The position numbers and the translations under genes were made by a program. 64,000 nucleotides of DNA. It comes from Veleropilina oligotropha (lineage: Eukaryota). The DNA is taken from the NCBI GenBank assembly GCA_048128005.1, contig JBEUKZ010000071.1, forward strand, positions 1 through 64,000. Reading direction: 5' to 3'. The notes beneath the pieces were generated by a model. That model worked only from the letters and a program-made list of their open reading frames with translations. It did no database searches and was not told where the DNA came from. Positions 41,869 through 54,952 of this stretch are shown here, piece after piece. Each line of letters opens with the position of its first letter. Positions within the stretch are counted from its first letter, which is position 1.

Positions 41869-44456
41869 GGCCATAAATGGTGTTAAATGGGGTCAAAGTT
41901 CCAATTCAATCCTATATTATTGAGAACCGATAAATGTTCATCTCAACAACTGCTTGTATTTTGTTGGTTCAATGATTGTTCAATGTAGAATATAACACAT
42001 CTTTCATTAATCACGGACTTTCTGGTATTGGTTGTCAAGCTTCGCTCATTTAATGTTATTATTTTGCTTTTCTACGTAATTATTATGCAAATTGTAAAGG
42101 AGATGTGTTCACATTATTTTCAATCTTTCTTTTCTCATTTTCGTCCGTCTCCTAATGCCATCATTAAAATTTAATGTTCAATATGGTAAAATAATATATA
42201 CACAATCAGTTAGACCTTGACTCAATTTCTCATCTCGTGCTATATTTGTTAACTACTTAGCCAATCAGAGATTGTTCATTCTGAAAATGTAATCACCAAT
42301 TGCTGATGTCTGATTGGCTATACCTTCGGCCAATGAGAGATTGGCTTAGAAATGCTCATCCAATGCCAATCTCTGATTGACTGTTGCTATTTGTTTGTCA
42401 AAAGGATTTTGTTGTTTGTTTTTTAATAATAACTTGTTAAACAGTGTGGATACGTATTACTTGTATATTATTTAATGAACATGTCTATAAGTGAAACATG
42501 TTATCCATTTTGTTGTTTGTACATACGGTATTTTATGCCAACAATGCTTCTTGTAGATCCTGGTCCGTGAGCTACTTGCTCATATGTGGCGTCGGCTTCT
42601 GTCAATAATCAAATTGGGCGGGTGAATACTTTCCCTGGTACCTTGGCGAGGGTGGACGATATTAGGCGACGTTTATGAAAAGTGAAACCGATTGTTTTAT
42701 GTCAACAAAATTTACCAACCGAAAATAGCCAACACTGATTATTAGTAAAAGTGAAATGTCCGAATTGAATGCAATTTATAAATTATACTTCCCACTGAAA
42801 CATTGTTGGTTCTTTACGCATATCATGCCATAAAGTGGTTGCAAAAAAGATTTCCGACATTACATATCTCAAATACTTAATTCACAGTATACTTTTCAAT
42901 CTTGGATTTATAATATTCATTTGCAAGATAATTTACATTTACAGTAAATAAATCAATTTCACTACAAAAAAGTAACGATTTTCATCCAATTTAAAGTAAA
43001 GTTCATGTCCCATTCTGTTATATTCAGTTGATGAAAATTGTGATAAGAACTTGGGTGGTAAAAGGTACTGCTTGTTCCAATTGTCTGTATATTGATGCTT
43101 GTAGCGCCATCTACTTCCTGTCTGTCTAATCCACTGTGTCTGGTTGCACATTTTTGGGGAATCTCCCATCATAACCACTGCAGTTCCATCATATTGGGAC
43201 TGGTTGTAATCAGAGGCCCGTCGGACCACAGTGGGTGATGAAATAGAGGTTCCACTGTGTCTGTTCATTGTCTTATTGTAAAATAAAAGATTTCTTATTA
43301 AACATTTAACCAGCGTTTCATTGTTTTTAGTTTCCAAGCATCTAATTTCACCATGTCAGTCTGCCCATTTGGTGAAGATCGCATTTCTTGGATGAATTAT
43401 CATAAATAGTCCAGAGAAGGCATTTCACAACATGTAAGATTGGATCGAGAGTTGTTGTTCAGATAGTAATGGTTGTCATCAGAAGTTCCTGTATCTGCCC
43501 TTGCTGTTCCTCATCCATCCAGAACAAGATGGTATGCCATACATTTCGTTGAGCGTTTAATCCCAATGTTTAAGTTAATCGACCAGATTTGCATGGTCAT
43601 TAATCATTATTTATCAATTAAGAATCCCACGCTACAGTAAAGGCAGGAAATATATGATAACGCGTTAACTGGATTTAACCAACAAAATATTCACGAGGAT
43701 ATGACGCATCTTACAATGAATGCTCCATATTGATAAAGTATTTACTCGTCGATACTAATGTGAGGTAAACACGCATAGTTTTATTTTGTTCATGTTGTTA
43801 ACTGGCATTCACTATCAATGACCCCTAAAGATAAGAAATAAACGTCTACCACCAACTTGGGACAATTTAAGAGGAAACAATTTAACTTTTCATCAACATT
43901 TTAGCCATTACATTACCACTGATGAACAATCGGGGTGGATTTCTTATGTATGGTTTAAACCTAGACTAGAAAAACCTTAGTTTACCCGCAAATTGCATTT
44001 CTCATCCTCTGACTGTAATAAACCAAGAGTAAAATGTGACTGTACGAAAAACCTGGCTAGGGGCTAGTTTATCACAACGGCTAGATAATAACAGCGGGAA
44101 GTTTTGGCACGGATATCGTGTTTTGAGAATTGGTCATTTCGATCACTTTGTTACATATTAGATAGTGTTGCCGTTAGCATATGTATATTTTATATATGTG
44201 CAATACGGTACTTCATTTTATATTATTTAAATTTAGTCATAAATATACAATATATGTGCAAATATTTTGTAGTTTCTGAAGCATCATTATCATGGAGATT
44301 TTCGATGTTCAAACACTTGCAAGGAATAATAATTATGCTCTGCACTTTGAAATTGATTTAATACAGTATTCTATGCCTGGTGTCGCATCCACCATCAGTG
44401 ACCCATCGCTTCCTTTTCTGCTTTCCGAAATCCTTCTTGGCCTATATTTAAGATGT

Positions 44457-44695
44457 GCGGTTTCGACAGTCGTGTGGTTGTGAACTCTGAAACATCGCTA
44501 ACGCGAACAGTAGTGGGTTCAAACCTCGACAGTGACATCACGCATTTGTTCAAGTTATGAATCACAGTTGTCCGTAACTGGCCGGGTTTCCCCGGGCGAC
44601 CGAGATATCCTCTGGTGTTAATAGGGACATATCTTTGAACCAAATGATGGTTTGAAATATACAGGATATTAAGCATCGATCCATTTCTTTCCTTT
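44457..44695 (+). mobile_element. SINE family A copy
   Basis: gcgaacagtagtgggttcaaacc...atcacagttgtccgtaactggcc...caggatattaagcatcgatcc matches the other copies. Confidence 0.8.
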
Positions 44696-45078
44696 TTTAG
44701 CTCCGCTATAACATTGTCAGCGGAGCTTTACTGATACCACTTTGTCCGGCGTCAACTTTTGACTTGAAATGTGAAGATCTTCAAAACTGTCTGATAACTT
44801 TTCTATGCTGCTTTTAATGACTGTGGGTTTTACCAATTTCGATTTTCATCCACCAACAAAATACAATTTGCTTGTTTCCTTAAAAGAAAATTTTCTTGTC
44901 TATCTAATACAACATTGCGTATAACTTGCATTTAACAGTTGTGGTATTTTATGAACTGTTTTCGATTGGTCATAAACCTTGCGTGCTATATCGCCGAAAT
45001 TTACAACGAAAGCGAGAACTTGGCTTGAATAACACAGCGACAATCAGCGCATGTGAAATGCGGTGCAGTTTATTTCAG

Positions 45079-47228
45079 TGGTTCGAACCCTCAGCAGGGC
45101 ACTCGTTCGGTTCGAACCCTCAGCAGGGCACTCGTGCGGTTCGAACCCTCAGCAGGGCACTCGGTCGGTTCGAACCCTCAGCAGGGCACTCGTTCGGTTC
45201 GAACCCTCAGCAGGGCACTCGTTCGGTTCGAACCCTCAGCAGGGCACTCGTTCGGTTCGAACCCTCAGCAGGGCACTCGTTCGGTTCGAACCCTCAGCAG
45301 GGCACTCGGTCGGTTCGAACCCTCAGCAGGGCACTCGTGCGGTTTGAACCCTCAGCAGGGCACTCGTTCGGTTCGAACCCTCAGCAGGGCACTCGTGCGG
45401 TTCGAACCCTCAGCAGGGCACTCGGTCGGTTCGAACCCTCAGCAGGGCACTCGGTCGGTTCGAACCCTCAGCAGGGCACTCGGTCGGTTCGAACCCTCAG
45501 CAGGGCACTCGTTCGGTTCGAACCCTCAGCAGGGCACTCGTGCGGTTTGAACCCTCAGCAGGGCACTCGTTCGGTTCGAACCCTCAGCAGGGCACTCGTG
45601 CGGTTTGAACCCTCAGCAGGGCACTCGGTCGGTTCGAACCCTCAGCAGGGCACTCGTGCGGTTTGAACCCTCAGCAGGGCACTCGTTCGGTTCGAACCCT
45701 CAGCAGGGCACTCGTGCGGTTTGAACCCTCAGCAGGGCACTCGGTCGGTTCGAACCCTCAGCAGGGCACTCGTTCGGTTCGAACCCTCAGCAGGGCACTC
45801 GGTCGGTTCGAACCCTCAGCAGGGCACTCGTGCGGTTTGAACCCTCAGCAGGGCACTCGTTCGGTTCGAACCCTCAGCAGGGCACTCGTGCGGTTCGAAC
45901 ACTCAGCAGGGCACTCGTTCGGTTCGAACCCTCAGCAGGGCACTCGTTCGGTTCGAACCCTCAGCAGGGCACTCGTTCGGTTCGAACCCTCAGCAGGGCA
46001 CTCGTGCGGTTCGAACCCTCAGCAGGGCACTCGGTCGGTTCGAACCCTCAGCAGGGCACTCGTTCGGTTCGAACCCTCAGCAGGGCACTCGTTCGGTTCG
46101 AACCCTCAGCAGGGCACTCGTTCGGTTCGAACCCTCAGCAGGGCACTCGTTCGGTTCGAACCCTCAGCAGGGCACTCGGTCGGTTCGAACCCTCAGCAGG
46201 GCACTCGTGCGGTTTGAACCCTCAGCAGGGCACTCGTTCGGTTCGAACCCTCAGCAGGGCACTCGTGCGGTTCGAACCCTCAGCAGGGCACTCGGTCGGT
46301 TCGAACCCTCAGCAGGGCACTCGGTCGGTTCGAACCCTCAGCAGGGCACTCGGTCGGTTCGAACCCTCAGCAGGGCACTCGTTCGGTTCGAACCCTCAGC
46401 AGGGCACTCGTTCGGTTCTAACCCTCAGCAGGGCACTCGTTCGGTTCGAACCCTCAGCAGGGCACTCGGTCGGTTCGAACCCTCAGCAGGGCACTCGTTC
46501 GGTTCGAACCCTCAGCAGGGCACTCGTTCGGTTCGAACCCTCAGCAGGGCACTCGTGCGGTTTGAACCCTCAGCAGGGCACTCGGTCGGTTCGAACCCTC
46601 AGCAGGGCACTCGGTCGGTTCGAACCCTCAGCAGGGCACTCGGTCGGTTCGAACCCTCAGCAGGGCACTCGTTCGGTTCGAACCCTCAGCAGGGCACTCG
46701 GTCGGTTCGAACCCTCAGCAGGGCACTCGTTCGGTTCGAACCCTCAGCAGGGCACTCGGTCGGTTCGAACCCTCAGCAGGGCACTCGTTCGGTTCGAACC
46801 CTCAGCAGGGCACTCGGTCGGTTCGAACCCTCAGCAGGGCACTCGTGCGGTTTGAACCCTCAGCAGGGCACTCGGTCGGTTCGAACCCTCAGCAGGGCAC
46901 TCGTTCGGTTCGAACCCTCAGCAGGGCACTCGGTCGGTTCGAACCCTCAGCAGGGCACTCGTTCGGTTCGAACCCTCAGCAGGGCACTCGTGCGGTTCGA
47001 ACCCTCAGCAGGGCACTCGTGCGGTTCGAACCCTCAGCAGGGCACTCGTCCGGTTCGAACCCTCAGCAGGGCACTCGTGCGGTTCGAACCCTCAGCAGGG
47101 CACTCGTGCGGTTCGAACCCTCAGCAGGGCACTCGTCCGGTTCGAACCCTCAGCAGGGCACTCGTGCGGTTTGAACCCTCAGCAGGGCACTCGTTCGGTT
47201 CGAACCCTCAGCGGCACTCGTGCGGTTT
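45079..47228 (+). repeat. 29-bp B-box minisatellite, ~74 copies, within a SINE remnant
   Basis: GGTTCGAACCCtcagcagggcactcgttc; followed by SINE-body-like gcagttgtccacaactggc. Confidence 0.97.
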
Positions 47229-47774
47229 GCAGTCGCAGTTGTCCACAACTGGCGAGTGCAGGTTTTTGTGGATTTCCTACCGCGATACATCGGTACACAG
47301 ATATATGGCAAATAGGCAATATACAAATGACGAACACGCACAATTGCATTGTTATTGCAACCCATCAACATTACATAATTATAATACATTACTATTAGCA
47401 CTAGACAATATATGCGATATTTATTGTTAATAAAACAGCATAATGTCAAGAAATATGTAATGGTGCCGGGTAATGTATGAGAAATCACGAGGATAAGTAT
47501 AAGTAAGTTCGCAACGAGAAGAACGAAGAGATAAATGCAAGTTGATAACAATAAAAGATCGAAATTGTGGTAACAAATCGATTCGCAAGGTAGAACTTGA
47601 TAAAATGACTTCCAGGAACGACCGCCAAAATGAAACTGAACAAAGGCTAGCAATCAGGTAGGAGAGTCACAATGAGGCTCTCTTTGCATAACCCCGTGGG
47701 GCTGCATGTGGAAGTTCAGGGATACACGAAAATGAATGACAGCTATTGGTCCAATAGAAGAGTCACAATGAGGC

Positions 47775-48034
47775 GGAGGAGGAATTATGCTTAATGTCCT
47801 GTATATTTACAACATCGAGGTTCAAGGCAGGACATGTCCGTGTTATCGCGGGAGGAAACCCCGGTCGCCCGGGTAAACCCGCCCTCTTCGGCCAGTCACG
47901 GACAACTGTGCTTCATAACTTGAACAAATGTGTGCTGCCTCAGCCGGGGGTCGATCCCACTACTGTTCGCGTCAGCGGAAACAAGCCAGTGAATTTAGAG
48001 TGGACACTCTACCCACTGCGCTACCGAAGCGGCC
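47775..48034 (-). mobile_element. SINE family A copy (young)
   Basis: Close to the reverse complement of 52624-52888; TSD cacaatgaggc. Confidence 0.88.
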
Positions 48035-48263
48035 CACAATGAGGCTCTCATTTTATAACCCTGTGGGACTGTAAGTGGAAGTCCAGTTATATGTCATGAC
48101 ACTAAACAACAGCTCTATTAATAGAATAGGCTTGCCAGTCACAATGAGGTTCTCACTACATAAACCCATGGGGCTGCGTGTGCATGTCTATTAAAGGAAT
48201 TGCGAGTACACACAAACCTTAATTACATACAAGCAGTAATTACACAATAAAATGAACACAAAT

Positions 48264-49383
48264 AACGAGTGTTTGTCACTCAAGTGGCAATAGTCCCCCG
48301 CCTACGTTATTGAGCGTATATATGAAGCCAAAATGAATGTAGGCCTATCGGTAAAGAGCCTCCTGTGACAGGAGAAATGTGGTGAAATGGGGTCTATGAA
48401 CCAAATATAAATGAAATCGGTTCATTCTTTCTTGAAATATCGCGCTAACGACAAGTGAATGAGCGAAAGAGTAAATTGCATCATGTGACCTTTAAAATGA
48501 GGTCAAGGTCATCATAATCGTCTGGGGTCGGCGGTATCCCTCGATGCATCTATCCACCTAATATAAATTAAATCAGTTCTTTACGTTTTGAGATATCACG
48601 CTAAAGACTGTGTCCTTGAATACGACGTTAAGGTCACCGTAATCGACTGGGATGTGGTATTCCCCAATACATCTATCCACCAAATAAAAATTAAATCTAT
48701 TCTGTCTCGAGAAATCATGCTAACAACTGAATGAGCGAAATAGTAGTGCATCGTGACCTTAATAATGTTAGTTCAAGGTCACCATAGATGTATTGGGGGA
48801 TACCGCAGACCCCAATCCATTATCTACCTAATATAAATAAAATTGTTTCATTATATCTGGAGATAACATGCTAACAACAATTGAATGCGCGAAGTAGTCA
48901 AGTGCACCCTGTGACCTTGAAAATGAGGTCAAGGTCATCATAATCGACTGGGGTCTGCGGTATCCCCCAAGACTATCTACCTAATATAAATGAAATTGTT
49001 TCATTATATCTGGAGATAACACGCTAACAACAATTGAATGCGCGAAGTAGTCAAGTGCACCCTGTGACCTTGAAAATGAGGTCAAGGTCACCATAATCAA
49101 CTGGTGTCGGCAGTATCCCCAAAGGTATCTATCTATCCACGAAATATAAATGTAAACTGTTAATTCTGTCTTGATATATCGTGCTAACAACTGAATGAGC
49201 GAAAGAGTAAACTGTCACCATAATCGACTGGTGTCTGCGGTATCCCCAAAGGTATCTATCTACCAAATATAAATGAAATCGGTTCATTCAGTCTTGAGAT
49301 ATCGCGCTAACAAGGTCGTACGGACGGACGTACGGGACCGAATACTCGAGTCCCCCGCTTTGCTCAAGCAGGGGACTGACTAA
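48264..49383 (-). mobile_element. Helentron/HINE-like element with internal ~130-bp tandem repeats
   Basis: Terminal hairpin gtcccc..ggggac, (GGAC)n microsatellite, repeated gtgaccttgaaaatgaggtcaaggtca units. Confidence 0.75.
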
Positions 49384-49613
49384 TCGCACACATATTATTG
49401 ATCGCATCTTTGACCCCAGATACTAAGTTCAAGTTGCCAAAATGTTGAAAAATATCTGAATAATCTTCCCTTGATGTGGTTAGTTGAACTGATGTGGTTA
49501 GTTGAACTGTAAAATTTTAGAAAGTCTCTCTAATAGAAAAATTGATGGTATCCATGCTACCTGAGACGATGTATTCAAAGTCGCCCCAAAATGATAACTT
49601 TTAAAAACGGATC

Positions 49614-49812
49614 TGGCCGCTTCGACAGCTGTGTTTTTTTCGGTTGCAGACTCCGAAAAATCACAGGCTTAATTCTGCTGACGCGAACAATAGTGGGTTC
49701 AAACTTCGGCTGGGGCATGACATTATTTGTTCAAGTTATGAATCACAGTTGTCTGTAACTAGTCGGAGAGGGCAGGTTTCCCCAGGCGACTGGGCTTTCC
49801 TCCTGCGATAAT
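49614..49812 (+). mobile_element. SINE family A copy, 3'-truncated
   Basis: ggccgcttcgacagc...gggttcaaact...atcacagttgtc. Confidence 0.75.
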
Positions 49813-50977
49813 GTCCGCATGGTGGCCAGGGCCAAAAGTATAGCTACAATTAATGACACATATAAATGTACTTTAATGTCATTGACAGTTCGTAAATATG
49901 GTTATGTATATCGTTGACAGTTTGATATCAACCATATAAATATAATTTGTATTGCTTTTCACGATTGGTCAGTTCAGTTTGATCGTTTGAACATATGCAA
50001 ACCTGCATACAAGTATACCGTTACGTGTTAATGGTTAATCCATTCACTTGCTATCAACATGCAAACATATCTAATTTGGTCATTTTATGGTATACCATCA
50101 TTTTCAAATAAGAATAAAATGATTGGTCTTTTTAAAATACATAACAACAACGGCAGTCAAATAATATCATAAGTACATTGTTAGAATGATCTAATAAAAG
50201 ACATAATCATGTATAAGTATTTACCAAGATAGAAGATTGTTCAAAGACTTCGATTGACATCAAACATGTAATGTAAATTATGTAAAGATTTTAATGTGGA
50301 ACAAAATTCAATAAACAGTATACATGCTCAAAGATATAATATATAAAAATATAGGCAATATTAATTCAAAATATACAACTTGCATGTATACGAACACCAG
50401 AGTAATACAATTATGGAGGCCAATTCATATTACCAGCGATCAAATGTCACCAAAAGTTCACACAAAATGGGCGATACCATATTTATATATTACATATGGG
50501 TAATTAATTTAATAAACAGAATATTTACAATGCTGCTGTAGAATAGAAATAGATAAACATTCCAGTTCATTGCAGTCATTTAACATTTTATAACAAAATA
50601 TAGTTTCATAGTAATTGGTCAAGTCAAAATGTGACACAAAAGAAAAGATTCATAAGACACAATAAAGCATTTGATTATCATATACATTAGATCATTTCAC
50701 CTTAATTAGACTAATAATACTTAATCGTCATGATATGTTACCATATAATTCACAATAACATACAATGTAAATATGTCTATAATGATTATCATGACAGAAT
50801 AACTTGACAAAAGTACACCAGTCAAAATATAATCAACAAGCCATATACCAATGTTTATAACCCTTCCAATAACAAAATAATGTTCATATCACCTGAAATA
50901 CTTTTTTTCTGAAAATATCCAAGCTAAAATAGGTGCCGTAGGTGCTGTTGATAGTTTAGCTTTGTTATGTCATCGCG

Positions 50978-51071
50978 TCAGTAGTATAATTTGCTCTGGT
51001 CCTTGACAGTTGTCATGTACGGCCATCCAGAATTTCGCTTGATGTTCATGGATCCAGGGGGAGGAGAGGTG
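50978..51071 (-). CDS. SEH1L: Candidate alternative last exon of SEH1
   Basis: Strong acceptor tgtttcttttgtttcag|; in frame with the donor at 58602/58601; (S)TSPPPGSMNIKRNSGWPYMTTVKDQSKLYY*; followed by ~1.1 kb of AU-rich UTR-like sequence. Confidence 0.6.
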
Positions 51072-51374
51072 CTGAAACAAAAGAAACAGTATGATATGGG
51101 CTTCACATTTATTGTCCAAGCAAATAGCTATGATCATCTTTTAGGTTTGTCTGTTTTACAGTGAACCAAATATTCACTTAAGTATTCCAGTAGAACTTAC
51201 CCAGCCTGGCTGAAAGCAAGCACCTGTGACAAAGAATTTGGCTTGAAAGAAGATGTGACCCAATTTTTCCGTCACTCGATTGTAAGCAGACGGTGCTACT
51301 GTATTGGCGAACAAAATGGGGAGTACTCCAATGGCAGAGAGTACTCCAATGGGAGAGAGTACTCCAACGGCAAC

Positions 51375-51592
51375 CGGCAGTCATGCGGTCTCGAGTGCCG
51401 ACTCTGAAATCACTGGCTCGATTGCACTAACAGGAGTGGGTTCGAATCTCGGTTGGGACATTTACGTTCAGTTATCAATTGCATTTGTCCGTAATTGGCG
51501 CAGGAGAGGTTGGGTTTCCCAGAGCTTTCCTCTCATATGCACGTGTCTTGAACCTGATGGTTATAAATATACAGGACATTAAGCATCAATCC
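51375..51592 (+). mobile_element. Older related tRNA-derived SINE
   Basis: B-box GGTTCGAATCTC; tail atacaggacattaagcatcaatcc shared with family A. Confidence 0.7.
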
Positions 51593-52623
51593 AGCTGACA
51601 GACCCAAAATGATCTTATACCGACTGTCGGTACCGGGTATGTCACAGAGCTGAAACAGTAGCATAATCGTCAAAGACGGCATCACCCTATATATCAAAGG
51701 AGACCACGAGTGTTGACACTGTAACCACATTAGTGCATTTTATGTCTGCCAAAATCGTCTGCATCAAACCGAAAAAACACTTTCTTTGTTAGGCTTAGAA
51801 TGTATCGGTATATTAGCGGTCTCCGCACCATATCTAGAACGTTGTCACAAAGTTTAAGTGAGATACTGTTAATGGCACTACTGGATGCATCAATAACTAT
51901 TGAATCCTGACCGGTTTCAACCATAATTTCTGGTCTTCATCAGAGGAGTGTCCGAGTTCTGAACGATGCAGGGTTTTATATATTATACCCTGCGAAATGT
52001 TTTCTGATGTTGGCAAAAATTGAACAATTGCTAACAAGTATCTGGTGTTTAGGTATGGGATAAACTACTCGATAGCGTTTAATAGCTCAGAGAATACATG
52101 GCCCGAGACAGGAGTTTATTCTCTGAGCTATTCAATGCTATCGAGTAGTTTATGTCACTTAAAACATTTCACTATTGAGCAATATACCCATTCCCCACCA
52201 GGTGCCTCTATTGAAGTGAAATAGTTGAATATGCTCTTTGATTCGATGGATTAGTTCAATGAGAGTTCTTAATTGGAGTGTATTAGTTGAATGCCCAGAA
52301 AAGAAACCACTGCTGCGCCAAGAAAGCTTGGTTCTTCGATTGAAGAGGCAGAATAAACAACTGCCCAGAACAATAGATGACATCACAGAAATATTTTAAA
52401 CGCAGTTATTTGATGGTAATGTGGAGGTTATCCGGTAGATAGTTATCGGCTATTGACGACCGATTTGGTTGAATGCAACACAATGCTCAATTTATATGTC
52501 ACACCAGGTAATTCAGTTATCAATTTCACCCATGACAGAAATGCAAAATGAGTTAGAACTTTATTAAACTCTGCCTTGACTTGATAGCCTCAAAATGAGG
52601 TAAACCACCACTAAAAAGTTAAA

Positions 52624-52888
52624 GGGCCGCTTCGGCAGCGCAGTGGGTAGAGTGTCCACTCTAAATTCACTGGCTTGATTCCGCTAATGCGAACAGTAGT
52701 GGGTTCAATACCTGGCTGAGGCATTGAAATTTGTTCAAATTATGAATCACAGTTGTCCGTGACTGGCCGAAGAGGGCGGGTTTACCCGGGCGACCGGGGT
52801 TTCCTCCCGCGATAACACGGACATGTCCTGCCTTGAACCTCGATGTTGTAAGTATACAGGACATTAAGCATAATTCCTCCTCCTCCTC
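52624..52888 (+). mobile_element. SINE family A copy (young, full length)
   Basis: tRNA-like head, GGTTCAATACC B-box, ggtttacccgggcgaccggggtttcctccc core, (cct)n tail; 13-bp TSD ctaaaaagttaaa. Confidence 0.9.
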
Positions 52889-52992
52889 CTAAAAAGTTAA
52901 ACCCGAAACACAAAGCAAATTCCTCATGAACGAAGTATCCCACCACGATTGATTGACAAATGTACCCAAACGTGTTGGTTTATCTGTCTGTC

Positions 52993-53357
52993 AACAGAAT
53001 ATCTATGCCCCCACTGGCAGCCTTGACCAAAGGGACAGCAAAGATCGTTTTGTGGATTTATTTAGACAACTACTGGTTTTCAGGATCGAGGCAGATGGAA
53101 GATATAGCAGAATGGAGTTACTTCCACGCAAAGCCATTTAACCTTGGGCATAGGGGCGACATGGGTGGGCCGCAGAAGGGAAGTATAAATGATGATAAGC
53201 AAGTGTATGAAGTATCAAGTCAATCCATGAAGGCAGATGGAAATTATATGGAGTAACAATGGAGTTACTTGCACGCAATACTGGTTTTCGGGATGGGACA
53301 GATGGACAGACAAGGGTAAATCTAAATGCCCCCCAATACTTTGGTTGGAGCATACAA
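52993..53357 (-). mobile_element. Diverged HINE family B copy
   Basis: atgcccccactggcagccttgacc...gtatcaagtcaatccatgaaggca...gtaaatctaaatgccccccaa. Confidence 0.7.
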
Positions 53358-54138
53358 AATTACAGACAGATTTTAACAAAATTTCATTTAAGGATCGGTC
53401 ATGGGCCAAGAACCAATCATTTTGGTCGTCTGGATTCCATGTGATGACATCATATTCGGATTTTGTTCTAGCGGGAAACCTATTCATCATAGGGACTTCT
53501 GGCTACAACCATAGTGTTCCTCATCGATGTCCGGATCGAATGGTGGTTTGCTATTTGTTCAATATGTTATGGGATGAAACTAATAAGCAGACCTATTATA
53601 TTGGGTACTCAGCGCAGCAAGGCTTTGTCACTGCATCAAGATGAACAAAATCTAATCCTAGCGACAAGACAATTCCTGAAATTTTGATTTATATCCATAG
53701 ATTTTGATGAGTTCCTCTCTGGCCACATACTCGCGTCCGACATCCAGTTAGTCGATCAAATCCCTCAATTCACATCGCACGGGCTATATAACATCAGAAG
53801 CTTCGTTTTCATGAATAATTAATTTATAGGCAATCCTATTGATCGCTCGCATCACGATTCTGTGATGCGTATATAGCCAATCAAAGTTCTTGTTACTAGT
53901 TTCAGCTGTGTATAAATAAGCTTCCATGTGGTTCAAACTGTTTACTTACAAATTACATGTAAATCGTGTCATGGGTGAAATTTCTAACACAACAATAACA
54001 TTTCTGTATTATTCTGCCTGCGAACACATTTATCTAATCTGATAATTAAGGTATCGGTGTTGAACAGGGTAATCAGCATATTTGAGCGTATTGTGATTAG
54101 AGACAATGTTATTTACAGTGCCAGACTGAACAGATTTG

Positions 54139-54952
54139 TTGTAGAATCGATTGTTCATGGTCCTAAAGGATGATATTATAAATCAATTTACTTACTTTTA
54201 GGACATTTTTTTAAATAAAAAAATTCCGACGTTTCGACCATTATCGAATGGCCTTGGTCACGTGATGGTCATTCTTGCGTGAACTGCTGCCCAGGAAGCA
54301 TCCAATGGCTACACACCCTGGTCTTTGAAAATTTCACCACAAAATTCGAAACAGCAACCAAATGTACATACAAAAAGAGGCCTGACAATAGGTTTGCCAT
54401 ACGTAAAAGGTACATCCGAACACCTCGCCCGCGTCTTCAAATCCCACGGTACCACCTACCACAAAACGATGAACACCATAGGGTCGCACCTCATACATCC
54501 AAAGGATAAAACGCAAAGGAAAAGCAATGTGGAGTCATATATAATATCACATGACCAGGACACCACCCATACGTACGCAGGAGAGACGAAGCGCACTATG
54601 GCACCAGATTTAAAGAACATTGGAATCTGGAGAAACCTACAGCTGTGGGGGACCACTGAAACGCCACATGACACTCTGTGTCGATCGACAACAGCAGGTC
54701 CTGGCGAGGGAAGAGAACTTGCTCAAACGTAAGATCAAAGAGTCCATCTACATCACCCGTCGCAAGCCATCCATTAACAGAGACCAGGGATTCCAGCTAC
54801 CTGCCATCTACCGCCAGGTGCTCAACACGCTTCCTGGGCAGAAGTTCACGCAAGAATGAACATCACGTAACCAAGGCCATTCGATAATGGTCGAAACGTC
54901 GGAAATTTACGGTTTCGAAAAAAGTCCTAAAAGTAAGTAAAAGGATTTATAA
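54139..54952 (+). mobile_element. Penelope-like retroelement 3' remnant (GIY-YIG endonuclease fragment) with inverted pLTRs
   Basis: LPYVKGTSEHLARVF, HPKDK, YAGETKR, KRKIKESIYI...PSINRDQG fragments; inverted repeats 54175-54299 / 54829-54953; 12-bp TSD tgaacagatttg. Confidence 0.88.

Larger units (their letters stand above)
37496..43310 (+). other. Putative long 3' UTR of the G-alpha-s gene
   Basis: U-rich non-coding sequence after the stop, with few recognisable dispersed TEs; AATAAA at 43282-43287 and ATTAAA at 43297-43302. The endpoint is inferred only. Confidence 0.4.

Noticed and set aside
44926..47430. Long repetitive ORFs, or a tRNA gene cluster
   Set aside because: The 29-bp unit has only a B-box/T-loop motif, with no A-box or cloverleaf; the ORFs are repeat artefacts.
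51375..51460. tRNA-Leu/Ser-like gene
   Set aside because: Continues into a SINE body and tail; degenerate acceptor stem.
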